Source of the DNA: an uncultured Verrucomicrobiae bacterium
GTDB taxonomy: Bacteria; Chlamydiota; Chlamydiia; Chlamydiales; Rhabdochlamydiaceae
Assembly (NCBI GenBank): GCA_963813135.1
Contig: CAWEXY010000009.1
Span: forward strand, 86,865-150,864
Direction of reading: 5' to 3'
DNA length: 64,000 nt
Positions 39,606 to 50,020 of this stretch are shown here, in pieces. The first letter of the stretch is position 1. Each line of letters starts with the position of its first letter. Position numbers and translations under genes: made by a program. The notes under the pieces are model-generated. The model saw only the letters and a list, made by a program, of their open reading frames with translations. It ran no database searches and was not told the DNA's origin.

Positions 39606-42590
39606 TTAGAACTCTTCAATGGTAGTATCTTCAGATGACGACAGCTCGTTCTTGTCTGCAGTCTTGGAAGATGGTAATAGAGGTATCTCATCATCATCAT
39701 CATCATTCTTTTTCTTTTTAGGCAGTAATGGCACTATCTGCTCCTCTATTGACTGGCCGGCCAAAGGTTCTAGCTTTAGTTTGTTCTCTAGGATCAAGCC
39801 ATGGCATTTTCTAAGTAAAATGGCGAAGGCATCGATAGTCGCTTTATCCCACACCTGACTCTGTGCGAAATCAGCCTTACCAATGGCTGTTTTCTGACCA
39901 TCCGTCAAATCTACTTGGGGAATAAAGCTACAAGCACGTTTCAGAAGGTGAATATCAGCCTCATTGAGTTTGTCCTTGCCGCTAACTTTTGCAATCAAAG
40001 GCAGAAGACGACTTGCCGTCGAGTTTTTCCAAATTTGCTCGACCCTTAAAGCCTTCGTCATCTCGTCCCATGTTTTTTCTATGACAAGTTCGAAAATCTG
40101 GTTAACACGACCAGCGACGTCATGGTTCTTCTTTCGCTGACCCGCCGACAACTGCTCATCGAGGTTGGTTATTAATGAGTTATTGACAAAACTATTAAAA
40201 GTCGTTCTTGTACCTTTTTTTACATCATTCAAATAATCCTGCATTGTAAAATTGACATTCGAAAATTTGTTCTTGCGAAACTGGGTCAAATCCCCCCAAG
40301 CCTCGAAAAGGCGCAATTTCCCAGCCCGCATAACTTGATAGCCTCTATCAACCTCGCCTACGGCATTTAGATAACCAGGGATGTTAGCCCGCTCAAAGCC
40401 ATATCCGCTCTGCTCTATGCCATTGTCTTTGTGGTAGTAGAAAGGCTTTAATCTCTCAGTTAAGTTAGCCTCAATATTTTTCAATTCATTGTCGCCAACC
40501 GTTTTAAATTCTTCTTTGGGAATATTCAACTTCAACGCTAAATCGCAGATAAAGTCAGGAGTCAGTCGATGCATATTATGGGGATTGCTTCTAAACTTGT
40601 CAGAACGGTCAATCTTGCCTTGTAATTTCCTAATGCGAGCATCACATGCTTCAATACGCTTTTGGTAAATTTCGAGATCATCCGCATGTTCTTTGGCGAT
40701 TTTGGCCAACGAAATTCTGTGTTCCCGCTCAACCTCTCGCAACTTCTCTTCACATGTTTTTTCAGCCAAATCCAAGCCTGCTCTATATTTCTCCTCGACC
40801 TCAATCCAGGCGCTAATAGCATTTGGAACCTCTTCAATCAATTGAAGTATCAATCTTTTGTCCTCAGCTAGACCCACAGCCCTAAGAGATTTATCCTGCG
40901 AATTTGCATCAAAAGTCTCAGAAGATGCTGACTGCAATAAAGCTTTGGCTTCTTGTTTTAGTTTATCTGCTTCTGCTAGCGTCTCAGGAAAATTCAATAA
41001 ACCCTTAAAATCGTTTAAAGCTTTTTGAAGTTCCGTATTAACTCGATGGTCATTTCTTAACTGAGTCATCTGTTGTTTAACATTATCCAACTGTAGTTGA
41101 CGTGCATCTTTCGTTTGCTGAGTATCCTTGGCTAGTTGTTTTTTTTTCTGTTCTAGCTGTGCGAGCAAACTCTCTTTTTCTTCCTTGATAATCTTCAGTA
41201 ATATCTCTTGGCCTTCCTTCTTGGCATGCCAAACAAGATACCTCTTGATCTCTGCCGATTTCGGGTTAAGTGTAGACGGGGTACGCTTATCAAAAAGAAA
41301 CTCGCCTATGCTTCCTTCTACAGGGTTGTCCAATGTGAAGTGCTGACGAATACACAGCTTTACCTGAGCCTTTTCGATGTCGGACAGTTCTTTACCCGCC
41401 TCTTGCTTGAGTTGGATTAATTCATTGAGGTCTTTTGTAAAATCTTCGATGTTATCGATCAGTCCCGGGCGATTTTTTAGCGCATCTTTAACCGCGTCCT
41501 CGGTAATTTTTTGATCGCCGCCCATCAGCTTAATAATTTCAGCATCGATTTTTTCAAGCTCTTTACCGATGATTAGATCCATAAGACCGCTATTATGAAT
41601 CTTAACTATGTTCTTGCTTTCAAACGCTTCGATTTCTTTAGCCTTTTTCTTCCAAGGCAATTCAGCTTCTTTGGATGCCTTAGCAGCATCTTCAACGTTT
41701 TGAACAAGCTTAGCCTCTCTCGCTTTGGCTGCTTGCATAATATTCAGTGTTCTTACAAATTGCTTGGGGTTTTTTATATAGAAGAAATCATCGCCGAGCG
41801 TTTCGCGCACAGCTGTGATGGTTATCTTCGACTCTGAGTAGTTGACTAAGATCTCAGCTTTCTTGCAGATATTTGCTTGTATATCTTCTTTGCTGCGTGG
41901 GCTACCCATATTTGGGGTTTTTGATAGCTGGGACGGGATTTTGAGCAACAGATCAGGATCCCATTGAAATCCAAAATCTAAAGAGACCTCTTTTTCTATC
42001 TGCTTACGAGTTTTTTGGAAACCAATCGCGCTAATGCCTTGCACGACCGCGTCAAAATCTCTAAGGACATCAACACCATTTGCTGCATGACCCGATAGTC
42101 TGGCTTGAGCGTGAATAACCTTTTTATAAAACGCTTCTTCAAAAGCAGTACAATTTGCGATGTCGGAGCTAGCCCGATCTAGAATTTCTTTTTTTGCGGT
42201 ATAGAAAAGAAGAGCGCGATTATCGGCCCAATCAACTGTCGTTCGGCCACATGATCTTTTCACGATGAATTCAACTAAATGGTCGAGCGACTTATTAAGA
42301 GCCTCTGCCGATTTTTTATCATCAACAGGCGCCAAATTTTTTTGTCTAACAGCCTTAATCACCTCGTCTTGATAACGGCCGTAGGTCGTAAAATGACGTT
42401 TATAAAAGTCTTGGCTGACAACCTTCTTAGCAAGAGTGCCCGACCAGTGAAAAGGCAGCCAGATTTCTTCGTACAATTTTTCTGTAGCCCATGAAACTTC
42501 CGCCTGGTGAAACTTCCGTTCTGTATTCGCCGGCGCTTGTAGTGCAACCTGAGAACTCTGTGCTGTGCTCGGCTTGACTGATGATTCCAT
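39606..42590 (-). CDS. 994-aa coiled-coil hypothetical protein, effector-like
   Basis: Ser/Thr/Gln-rich N-terminus, long coiled coil, homology to the C-terminus of the 2785-aa protein. Confidence 0.82.
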   Translation of the reverse strand: MESSVKPSTAQSSQVALQAPANTERKFHQAEVSWATEKLYEEIWLPFHWSGTLAKKVVSQDFYKRHFTTYGRYQDEVIKAVRQKNLAPVDDKKSAEALNKSLDHLVEFIVKRSCGRTTVDWADNRALLFYTAKKEILDRASSDIANCTAFEEAFYKKVIHAQARLSGHAANGVDVLRDFDAVVQGISAIGFQKTRKQIEKEVSLDFGFQWDPDLLLKIPSQLSKTPNMGSPRSKEDIQANICKKAEILVNYSESKITITAVRETLGDDFFYIKNPKQFVRTLNIMQAAKAREAKLVQNVEDAAKASKEAELPWKKKAKEIEAFESKNIVKIHNSGLMDLIIGKELEKIDAEIIKLMGGDQKITEDAVKDALKNRPGLIDNIEDFTKDLNELIQLKQEAGKELSDIEKAQVKLCIRQHFTLDNPVEGSIGEFLFDKRTPSTLNPKSAEIKRYLVWHAKKEGQEILLKIIKEEKESLLAQLEQKKKQLAKDTQQTKDARQLQLDNVKQQMTQLRNDHRVNTELQKALNDFKGLLNFPETLAEADKLKQEAKALLQSASSETFDANSQDKSLRAVGLAEDKRLILQLIEEVPNAISAWIEVEEKYRAGLDLAEKTCEEKLREVEREHRISLAKIAKEHADDLEIYQKRIEACDARIRKLQGKIDRSDKFRSNPHNMHRLTPDFICDLALKLNIPKEEFKTVGDNELKNIEANLTERLKPFYYHKDNGIEQSGYGFERANIPGYLNAVGEVDRGYQVMRAGKLRLFEAWGDLTQFRKNKFSNVNFTMQDYLNDVKKGTRTTFNSFVNNSLITNLDEQLSAGQRKKNHDVAGRVNQIFELVIEKTWDEMTKALRVEQIWKNSTASRLLPLIAKVSGKDKLNEADIHLLKRACSFIPQVDLTDGQKTAIGKADFAQSQVWDKATIDAFAILLRKCHGLILENKLKLEPLAGQSIEEQIVPLLPKKKKNDDDDDEIPLLPSSKTADKNELSSSEDTTIEEF

Positions 42591-42781
42591 AAATGATTGC
42601 CTTTTTTAAATTAGTTATAATAATTATATTGTTTAGTTACATATAAATTCAATAGTTTAAATTTTAAAGATTCAAACAAGACTTTAATTCCCAGATAGTT
42701 ATGTTAATTAAACGAATGTATTATATGCGTTGATAATTAAAAATTAGAATAGTATAATTATAGCAGATGCAGGAGAACATT

Positions 42782-42982
42782 ATGAATAATACACAAGAAT
42801 TGCAAACCAAAGTATCTGTATTAGAATCACATGTAGACCATCTCGAGACCGAGTTGAGCTACATCAACGATCTCCTCTTGCGCTGCGGATTTCCCCATGG
42901 CATTCAGACTCTGAAGATTACGATCGAGCAAATGCTTGCCGAGGGCGATGATAACATGCCCGATCTTACAGAATTTGCCTAA
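42782..42982 (+). CDS. small conserved chlamydial hypothetical protein
   Basis: LES..DHLETELSY.N.LL..CGFP.GI.TLK; CAGGAG RBS. Confidence 0.7.
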   Translation: MNNTQELQTKVSVLESHVDHLETELSYINDLLLRCGFPHGIQTLKITIEQMLAEGDDNMPDLTEFA

Positions 42983-43007
42983 CCATCTCTTTTTTAGATC
43001 TTTAAGT

Positions 43008-43043
43008 AGAGGGCGGACCTTCCAGGGTCCGCCCTCTTGTTTT
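43008..43043 (+). terminator. Rho-independent terminator
   Basis: AGAGGGCGGACC-ttccag-GGTCCGCCCTCT followed by TGTTTT. Confidence 0.8.
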
Positions 43044-43077
43044 ATTGCCCATTTTCAGATAAATTAATGACTCTTAT

Positions 43078-43341
43078 ATGGGTAAGTTAATATTCGAGCA
43101 CAGCGGGGAAGAAGTCGAGATCGCCGATGGCGGGCCGATCCATGATGCCTGTGAAGAAGCAGGGGTTCCTTTTGCCTGCACCGAAGGCATCTGCGGAACC
43201 TGCATTATCGAAGTCTTAGAGGGCGAAGAAAACCTCAATAAACCTACGCAAGAAGAGTTCGATTTCCTGGGACAACCCGGCAAAGAACGCCTCGCCTGCC
43301 AATGCAAGCTTCAGGGCGGCTGCATAAAAATTAAATTCTAA
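43078..43341 (+). CDS. 2Fe-2S ferredoxin
   Basis: C-x4-C-x2-C (CTEGICGTC) and RLACQ. Confidence 0.92.
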   Translation: MGKLIFEHSGEEVEIADGGPIHDACEEAGVPFACTEGICGTCIIEVLEGEENLNKPTQEEFDFLGQPGKERLACQCKLQGGCIKIKF

Positions 43342-43350
43342 GGATAGTTT

Positions 43351-43902
43351 ATGATTAGCAAAGAGATGACCATCGAAGAGATCTTCACAAAGTTTCCACA
43401 GAAGAGCCAGCGGTTAGCGCAAGCATTAACGAGCGCGGGCCTTAATTGTGTCGGTTGCGGCGCTGCGACATGGGAAACGCTCGAAGCCGGCGTGCTCAGC
43501 CATGGATTTACCGATAAAGATCTTGAAAAACTCATAGAAACTCTGAATGCTATCTTGTCCGAAGAAAGCGACCTCTCCACGATTTCGATGACAAAGCGCG
43601 CTGCGGAGAAATTTCGCGAAATTCTCGCCGAAGAAGGAAAAGCGAATTGGGGCCTCCGATTCGCCGATCGCGCAGCGGGATGCAGCGGGTTTGAATACGT
43701 TCTCGACTATTCAGAAAAAGCGAAGGCCGATGATACGGTCTTTACGTCTGAAGGCGTTGAAATCCACGTAAATAATAAAGTCGTGGGCCGTCTGATGGGC
43801 TCCGTGATCGATTATACCGATGGACTCCACGGCGCTGGATTTAAAATCACGAACCCCAATGTCAAGAGTTCCTGCGGCTGCGGCAAATCCCAGAGTTACT
43901 AA
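43351..43902 (+). CDS. A-type Fe-S carrier (IscA/HesB family) with N-terminal DUF1858-like domain
   Basis: GL.CVGC.AA..ETLE N-terminus; AGCSGFEY; NPNVKSSCGCGKS. Confidence 0.9.
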   Translation: MISKEMTIEEIFTKFPQKSQRLAQALTSAGLNCVGCGAATWETLEAGVLSHGFTDKDLEKLIETLNAILSEESDLSTISMTKRAAEKFREILAEEGKANWGLRFADRAAGCSGFEYVLDYSEKAKADDTVFTSEGVEIHVNNKVVGRLMGSVIDYTDGLHGAGFKITNPNVKSSCGCGKSQSY

Positions 43903-44222
43903 ACTTTGAGAAGGTCGACTATTTGGGGGTCGATTTGACGCGCGAGCATCAATTTTTTCAGATCCGCGACCCTGGTTGCGAGTGGCGCGTTAGGCTCGGA
44001 ATAAAATGCGATGTACGTGATGAGGCAATTGTCAAAAAGCGCTAATTGTTCCAGACCCTGGGCCGCCACTTGGCGCCGTATTTCTTCAAGAGCATTTCCA
44101 GGTTGTGTTTGCTCATCTCCGATATTTACAAGCGAGCGCCCGTTCCACCCAGCAGCGCTGGGAGGCTCATTCTCTGGAGAAGTTAAAGCATCTGCGCTTG
44201 TCGAGTCGCTGGCTTCGATCAT
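43899..44222 (-). CDS. hypothetical protein
   Basis: 107-aa ORF downstream of lpdA, no motif. Confidence 0.5.
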   Translation of the reverse strand: MIEASDSTSADALTSPENEPPSAAGWNGRSLVNIGDEQTQPGNALEEIRRQVAAQGLEQLALFDNCLITYIAFYSEPNAPLATRVADLKKLMLARQIDPQIVDLLKV

Positions 44223-44265
44223 AGAAAGAACACTCTACAGGATAGAAGAATATTGACTCAAGATA

Positions 44266-45609
44266 TCATCGATGAATGGCGCGGCGATGAAGGCTTAGGG
44301 CCGCTTCTTTGATCGCCTCGGATAGAGTGGGATGGGCAAAAGGCGTGTGGGCCAGGTCCATCGCGGTGAGGCGGTTGCGCAAGGCGACCGCGGCAACGGC
44401 GATAAGCTCTGAGGCATGCGCGCCGATGATATGCACGCCGAGGAGGCGGTCTGTGGCGGGGTCGGCTAAAATCTTGATAAATCCTTCCGTCTCCCCTGTG
44501 CACTGGGCGCGGGAATTGATCTTCATCGGAAATTGCCCCTTGGCATAGGGAATATCTTTTAATTCTTCTTCAGTAAATCCCACGGAAGCCACTTCAGGAT
44601 ACGTGTAGACGACGCTGGGGATCGACATGTAGTCGACGGTGGGAGTTTGACCGGCGATGATTTCCGCGACGGCGATCCCCTCTTCGGAAGCTTTATGGGC
44701 CAGCATGGGCCCATCGATGAGGTCGCCGATGGCATAGATCGTGGGGACCGATGTGCGGAACTGGCCGTCCACTTTGATCGGAGAGGCGATGCCGACAGAT
44801 TCAAGGCCGAGGTTTTGCGTATAGGGCCGGCGGCCGATGGAGACGAGGACGGCATCGCCGCGCAGTTCGTTATCGCCGGTGCGCAGGGTGATTTCTTGAG
44901 CAGAAATTTGAGCGCCGGTGACTTTCGTGGAGAGGTTAAACGTCATCCCCTGTTTTTTGAGCGCGGCCTCGAGCTCTTGGGAAAGGCCTTTGTCGAGAGT
45001 GGGGCAAATGCGGTCCATGAACTCCACAAATGTGACTTGAGATCCGAGGCGGCTATAGACCGATCCGATCTCAACGCCGATGATGCCGGCCCCAATGACG
45101 AGGAGTCTTTGAGGAATGCGATCGAGCGAGAGTGCGCCGGTGGAAGAGACAATGCGCCGTTCATCAAAGGGCAGGAAGGGCAGAGGAATTGGCTCAGAGC
45201 CCGTTGCGAGGATGATGCCTTTAGCGGCTTGGTGGGATTCTCCGGCAATTTGGACCTGGGTCGGGGAGAGGATTTTGGCCTGTCCGGGGATGAACGTGAC
45301 TTTGTTTTTTTGGAAAAGCTGGGAGACTCCCTGCTGAAAGCCCTTCACGACGGTGTCTTTGCGGTCCATCATTTTTTTAAAATCGATACCGAGCTTTCCG
45401 TTGAAAAGGGAATCGTGGGCTGCCTTCCAGTAAAGTTCGGAAGCGTGGAGAAGTGTTTTCGAGGGAATGCAGCCGACATTGAGGCATGTGCCGCCGGGGA
45501 CCTTGCGTGCGTCGGCGCAAGCGACTTTGAGGCCGAGCTGGGCAGCGCGGATGGCAGCGACATATCCGCCGGGGCCCGAACCGATGACGATGATATCAAA
45601 CGTCGGCAT
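44266..45609 (-). CDS. lpdA: dihydrolipoamide dehydrogenase
   Basis: [47 protein letters not shown]. Confidence 0.97.
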   Translation of the reverse strand: MPTFDIIVIGSGPGGYVAAIRAAQLGLKVACADARKVPGGTCLNVGCIPSKTLLHASELYWKAAHDSLFNGKLGIDFKKMMDRKDTVVKGFQQGVSQLFQKNKVTFIPGQAKILSPTQVQIAGESHQAAKGIILATGSEPIPLPFLPFDERRIVSSTGALSLDRIPQRLLVIGAGIIGVEIGSVYSRLGSQVTFVEFMDRICPTLDKGLSQELEAALKKQGMTFNLSTKVTGAQISAQEITLRTGDNELRGDAVLVSIGRRPYTQNLGLESVGIASPIKVDGQFRTSVPTIYAIGDLIDGPMLAHKASEEGIAVAEIIAGQTPTVDYMSIPSVVYTYPEVASVGFTEEELKDIPYAKGQFPMKINSRAQCTGETEGFIKILADPATDRLLGVHIIGAHASELIAVAAVALRNRLTAMDLAHTPFAHPTLSEAIKEAALSLHRRAIHR

Positions 45610-46663
45610 AGGCAGGCGCTTCCAGGGCTTGTTTAATACGAATGAGGAAGAGGACGGCCTCTTTTCCGTCGATGATGCGATGATCGTAGGAGAGGGCTAG
45701 ATACATCATGGGGCGGATCACAATCTGATCATTCACGACAACGGGGCGCTTCACGATGGAATGCATGCCGAGGATGGCGCTCTGGGGAGGGTTGAGGATG
45801 GGGGTGGAGAGGAGCGATCCAAAGACGCCTCCGTTGGTGATCGTGAACGATCCGCCGCGCAGATCATCGACAGCGATCGTTCCTTCGCGCGCTTTCTTGG
45901 CTAGGACTTCGAGCTGCTTTTCGATTTCGCTGTGGGAGAGGTTGTCGCACTTGCGAAGGACCGGGACCATAAGGCCTTTATCTGTAGAAACGGCAACGCC
46001 GATGTCAAAGTTGGGGAAGAGGACGAACTCGTCGCCCTCGATGTAGGAGTGGACGTCGGGAAATTCTTTGAGAGCGGCCACGGAGGCTTGGACGAAGAAC
46101 GACATGAACCCGAGCTTGACGCCATATTTCTGTTGGAACCGGTCTTTTTCCCGCGCGCGTATCTCCATGACGGCAGTCATGTCGACTTCGTTGAACGTCG
46201 TGAGCATGGCGGTTTGGTTTTTGACTTCGACGAGTTTTTGGGCGATTGTTCGGCGCAGAGCGCTCATGCGGCGCCGGCCTTCTTTGGCAGGAGGAGGAGG
46301 GGCAGCTTTAGGCGCTGCAGGGGTTTTTAATTCGGAGAGAAAATCGCCGGCCATTTTGCGGGCGGAGGGTCCGCTAGCAGGGGCCGCAGGCGCCGCCGTT
46401 GGAGCTGGAGCTTCTTTCGGCACGGCGACATCGGTCTCGACCGTGCCAATCACCTGCCCGATTTTAACTTTGTCGCCCACCTTCACATTGAGCTGGAGCT
46501 GGCCGGCTTTGGGAGCGTAGAGGACTTGGTTGACTTTGTCTGTCTCGAGTTCGAGGATTTCAGCGTCTTGAGGGACGATAGATCCGCTCGGCTTTAAAAT
46601 TTGCGAAATCGTCGCTTCGGAAACGGACTCCCCCAGCGATGGAATTTTGATCTCAACTTTCAT
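45596..46663 (-). CDS. sucB: 2-oxoglutarate dehydrogenase E2 (dihydrolipoyl succinyltransferase)
   Basis: Lipoyl [41 protein letters not shown]. Confidence 0.96.
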   Translation of the reverse strand: MKVEIKIPSLGESVSEATISQILKPSGSIVPQDAEILELETDKVNQVLYAPKAGQLQLNVKVGDKVKIGQVIGTVETDVAVPKEAPAPTAAPAAPASGPSARKMAGDFLSELKTPAAPKAAPPPPAKEGRRRMSALRRTIAQKLVEVKNQTAMLTTFNEVDMTAVMEIRAREKDRFQQKYGVKLGFMSFFVQASVAALKEFPDVHSYIEGDEFVLFPNFDIGVAVSTDKGLMVPVLRKCDNLSHSEIEKQLEVLAKKAREGTIAVDDLRGGSFTITNGGVFGSLLSTPILNPPQSAILGMHSIVKRPVVVNDQIVIRPMMYLALSYDHRIIDGKEAVLFLIRIKQALEAPAYADV

Positions 46664-49273
46664 CCGAGGGCCTCCCGAAGAATTTGCTCATGTTGCTGCT
46701 TATGGAGAGCAAAGGAACCCGCAGCGGGCGACGCGCTCCGATCTCTTCCGACGTAGCGAAGGGGGACCTCTTTTAATTGCAATTGCACAAACTCCCAAGC
46801 TCCCATGTTAGCATGTTCTTCTTGTACCCAAAAAACCTCTTTTGCGCTCGCATATTTTTGAAGCAGGGCTGCGATTTCTTGGCGAGGGAAGGGATAGAGC
46901 TCTTCGATGCGGATGAGGGCGATGTCAGGATTTTTTCGTGCGGCGAGGAGGTCGTAATAGACTTTTCCTGAGCAGAAAATAAGGCGTTTCGGATGCGTTG
47001 CTGCATCATCGATCACGGCGCTAAAACCGCCTTTAGAAAAATCAGAGAGGTTGCTGACGCATTGAGGGTGGCGCAGGAGGGCTTTGGGCGTAAAAAGAAT
47101 GAGGGGTTTTTGGGGCTTTCGCACCATTTGCCGGCGCAGGACATGGAAGAGCTGCGCCGGCGTCGACGGCTGCACAACTTGGAAATTCTCATGGCCGGCG
47201 AGCTGCAGATACCGCTCGATGCGCGCCGAAGAGTGCTCAGGCCCTTGCCCTTCGTAGCCGTGCGGGAGCATCAGCGTGAGCGCCGATCGCACGCCCCATT
47301 TTTGCTCGGCAGCTGCGACATATTGGTCGATGATGATCTGCCCGCCATTGGCAAAATCGCCATATTGGGCCTCCCAGATCGTCAGAGCATTGGGGGAAGA
47401 GAGGCTATAGCCAAACTCAAAGCCGAGCACGGCAAACTCAGAGAGAGACGAATTAAAAACATCGAACTTGGCCTTTTGGTCTTTGAGATGAGATAGGGCA
47501 AAATATTTCTTTTTTTTCTGCCGCTTGATCAACCCACATCGCATGCCGGTGCGAAAACGTTCCTCTGCGCGAATCTTGGCCCGAGAGGCGCACATGGACG
47601 CCATCGGAAAGAAGCGTTGCGAAAGCCAGATGCTCGCCCATGCCCCAATCGACAGGCTTGCCGTGGACCATTTCGAGGCGCTCTTTGAGAAGGCGCTCGA
47701 TTTTGGGATTGATCGCAAAACCTTCGGGCACTTTGCAAAATTCCTCCGCAAGAGCAATTAAACGATCTTCTGCGACAGCGGTGCCGTACTTTTTGAACGG
47801 CTCGTCTTTGGGAGCTGGCTCAGGTTGCGCTCCGGCAGGCGTCACTTTCTCGAGGGCTTCACCTAAAAACGCTTTAAACTGAGATTCCATCTGATCTGCC
47901 GCAGCGGGCTGAAGAACGCCTTCTTTGAGGAGCTCCGCGCGGTATAACTCGCGGATGGACTGCTTTTTTCGGATGAGCTGATATTCGGTCGGTTGTGTGA
48001 ACGCCGGCTCATCGCCCTCATTGTGGCCGTATTTGCGGTAGCAAATCAGATCGAGGAAGACGTCGCAGTTAAACTTTTGACGGATTTCGAGCGCCAGCAT
48101 CGCGGCATAGACGCATTCTTCGGGCTTCTCGCAATTCACGTGGAAGACCGGCGCGCCAAAGGCATGGGCGATATCAGTGCAATACCGAGTTGACCGGGCA
48201 TCTTTGGGCAGCGTCGTAAAGCCAATTTGATTGTTGATGACGATATGGATCGTACCGCCCGTTTGATATCCCGTGAGCTTGCCCAGCTGCATCGTCTCAT
48301 AAATAACACCCTGGCCTGACAGCGAGGCGTCGCCGTGGATCAAGATCGGGATGATCGCCTCTCTTCCCTGTATTTCCTGTTTGGCGCGGCATTGCCCCTC
48401 GACTACGGGATCGACCGACTCGAGATGGCTGGGGTTGGCAGCGAGGGTCACATGGATCGTTTTTCCCTTTTTGGTGGTGAGCTGCCCGGCAAATCCCTTG
48501 TGATACTTGACATCGCCGGTCCCCTCCTCCAAATCGGGCGTATAATGATCCTCAAATTCATGGAAGATCGATGCGTAGGACTTATTCATGATGTTGGCCA
48601 AAACATTCAGGCGGCCCCGATGGGCCATGCCCACAATGCCTTCTGACACTCCGCCCTCAGCTGCCGCTTCGAGCAAGAAGGCCATCATTGGAATCAGGGT
48701 TTCCCCTCCTTCCAAAGAAAACCTTTTTTGGCCGACGAATTTAGTATGTAAAAACGCCTCGAAGAGTTCCGCTTTGTTGAGATCCTGCAAAATCTCTAAC
48801 TTGTCTTCCGCAGAAAAAGGAAGAGGAAAGCCCGGTTCGATCTTCTCTTGCAGCCATTTTTCGAGCTCAGGCATGCCAAGGCCCATATATTCGATGCCGA
48901 CCGAGCCCGCATAGGTTTTTTGCAGGGCGGCCACGACTTGGCTGAGAGGAGCTTCTTTCTCTTTGAGAAAGCCGCAGGTGGGAACGATCTCTTCCCCGCC
49001 CAAAAAACCGTATTTTTCTATTTTGAGTTCGGGAACCTCGGGCGGCGGCTCAACGGCAATGGGATTGAGCGCGGCGGCCAAATGGCCATACATCCGGTAG
49101 GCCTCGATCAGGTGGTAGACGCGCAGCTCTGGACTGGGGCCTCCTTCAGCCTGCCCCATTTCCCACCCCTGAAAGAAAGCGCGCCAGGTCGGCTCGACAG
49201 CATTGGGATTAGTTAAAAATTTTTGAAACTGCTCATCAAATAGGTCAAGATTATCGAAGGAAATCATGCTCAT
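46660..49273 (-). CDS. sucA: 2-oxoglutarate dehydrogenase E1, with one frameshift in an A8 run (47510-47517)
   Basis: [45 protein letters not shown]; continues in another frame with [25 protein letters not shown]. Confidence 0.93.
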
Positions 49274-49377
49274 TTCCTACCCTTATCATAAAAATTTATT
49301 TTGTTGTCTCAAAAACGGAAGGAAGGCGATAATCCGCACTCCTTGCAGATAAATGGGAATTCGATTAAGGAAAGGCC

Positions 49378-49851
49378 ATGAACATCAAAAGTGAACGACT
49401 TAAAAAACTCGAAACGGAACTGCTAGATCTCGAGCAATGGTTAAAACTTGGGCTCGTTCCAAAAAAAGATCTAGAGAAGCACAAAGTCGAGATTGGCGCT
49501 TTGAAAGAGCGTATCTCTGAAGAAAAAGAGCGCCTCCGATTCCTGAAAGAAAGCGGAGCCATGGAAGAGTTTACTCCCCCCAAACGCCCTGCGCATGCAC
49601 GCCAAGCCTTCCCTGACACGGCCAGTATGCCCGATATCGACCTCGGCGAAGAGAATATGACCGACGCCGGCCTCGACATGGAAACGGAAGCCTTCGAATA
49701 TGAAACGACCTCTGCCGAGGAGACTGAAGGCGGCGCTGCCGAAGAGGAAGAAGATAAAGCCGAAGAAGAAGAGGAAGAAGAAGATCCTTTCAGCGACCGC
49801 AACCGTTGGCGCCGCGGCGTGATGGAAGATCCTGATGCGGACAACTGGTAG
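49378..49851 (+). CDS. conserved chlamydial protein, CT053-like
   Basis: KSERLKKLE.EL.DLEQW.KLGLVPKK, acidic tail, DPFSDRNRWRRG; same position between sucA and hemN as recalled for C. trachomatis. Confidence 0.85.
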   Translation: MNIKSERLKKLETELLDLEQWLKLGLVPKKDLEKHKVEIGALKERISEEKERLRFLKESGAMEEFTPPKRPAHARQAFPDTASMPDIDLGEENMTDAGLDMETEAFEYETTSAEETEGGAAEEEEDKAEEEEEEEDPFSDRNRWRRGVMEDPDADNW

Positions 49852-50020
49852 ACAAGGAAAAAATGAGACTGAAATTTCGTAGCGCCGGCATCCAGGATAC
49901 AAGCTCTTTGAAGCAGACAACCCCTTTATGGGGTTGGCGATGCAAAAGAGTGAAGTAGGTTGGAGTGCCGCCGCAAGAAAGGTCATCTCGTTTTTTCCAT
50001 TGTCTACCAGCTACTGGTAG
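49844..50020. mobile_element. rod-like palindromic MITE (~166 nt) flanked by an ACTGGTAG direct repeat
   Basis: Terminal IR CTGGTAGACAA-GGAAAAAATGAGA / TCTCGTTTTTTCCATTGTCTACCAG; nested pairing to an apical CAACCCC-tttat-GGGGTTG; ACTGGTAG at 49844 and 50013. Confidence 0.8.

Noticed and set aside
42690..42730. TTATGTTAAT as a XerD-binding arm of dif
   Set aside because: No XerC-like arm at the right spacing; the region is an AT-rich divergent promoter.
44647..45636. 329-aa + strand ORF and many other overlapping ORFs in GC-rich genes (e.g. 58359..58994)
   Set aside because: These are antisense or alternate-frame shadows of well-identified genes (lpdA, floA) with no motifs.
47505..47520. Programmed -1 frameshift (A AAA AAG) in sucA
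   Set aside because: The required shift is +1/-2 relative to the upstream frame, not -1.
49845..50010. Rod hairpin as 6S RNA or SRP RNA
   Set aside because: No large central bubble and no SRP GGAA-loop motif. The flanking direct repeat and interrupted hemW start favour an inserted element, but this is not fully excluded without an Rfam search.
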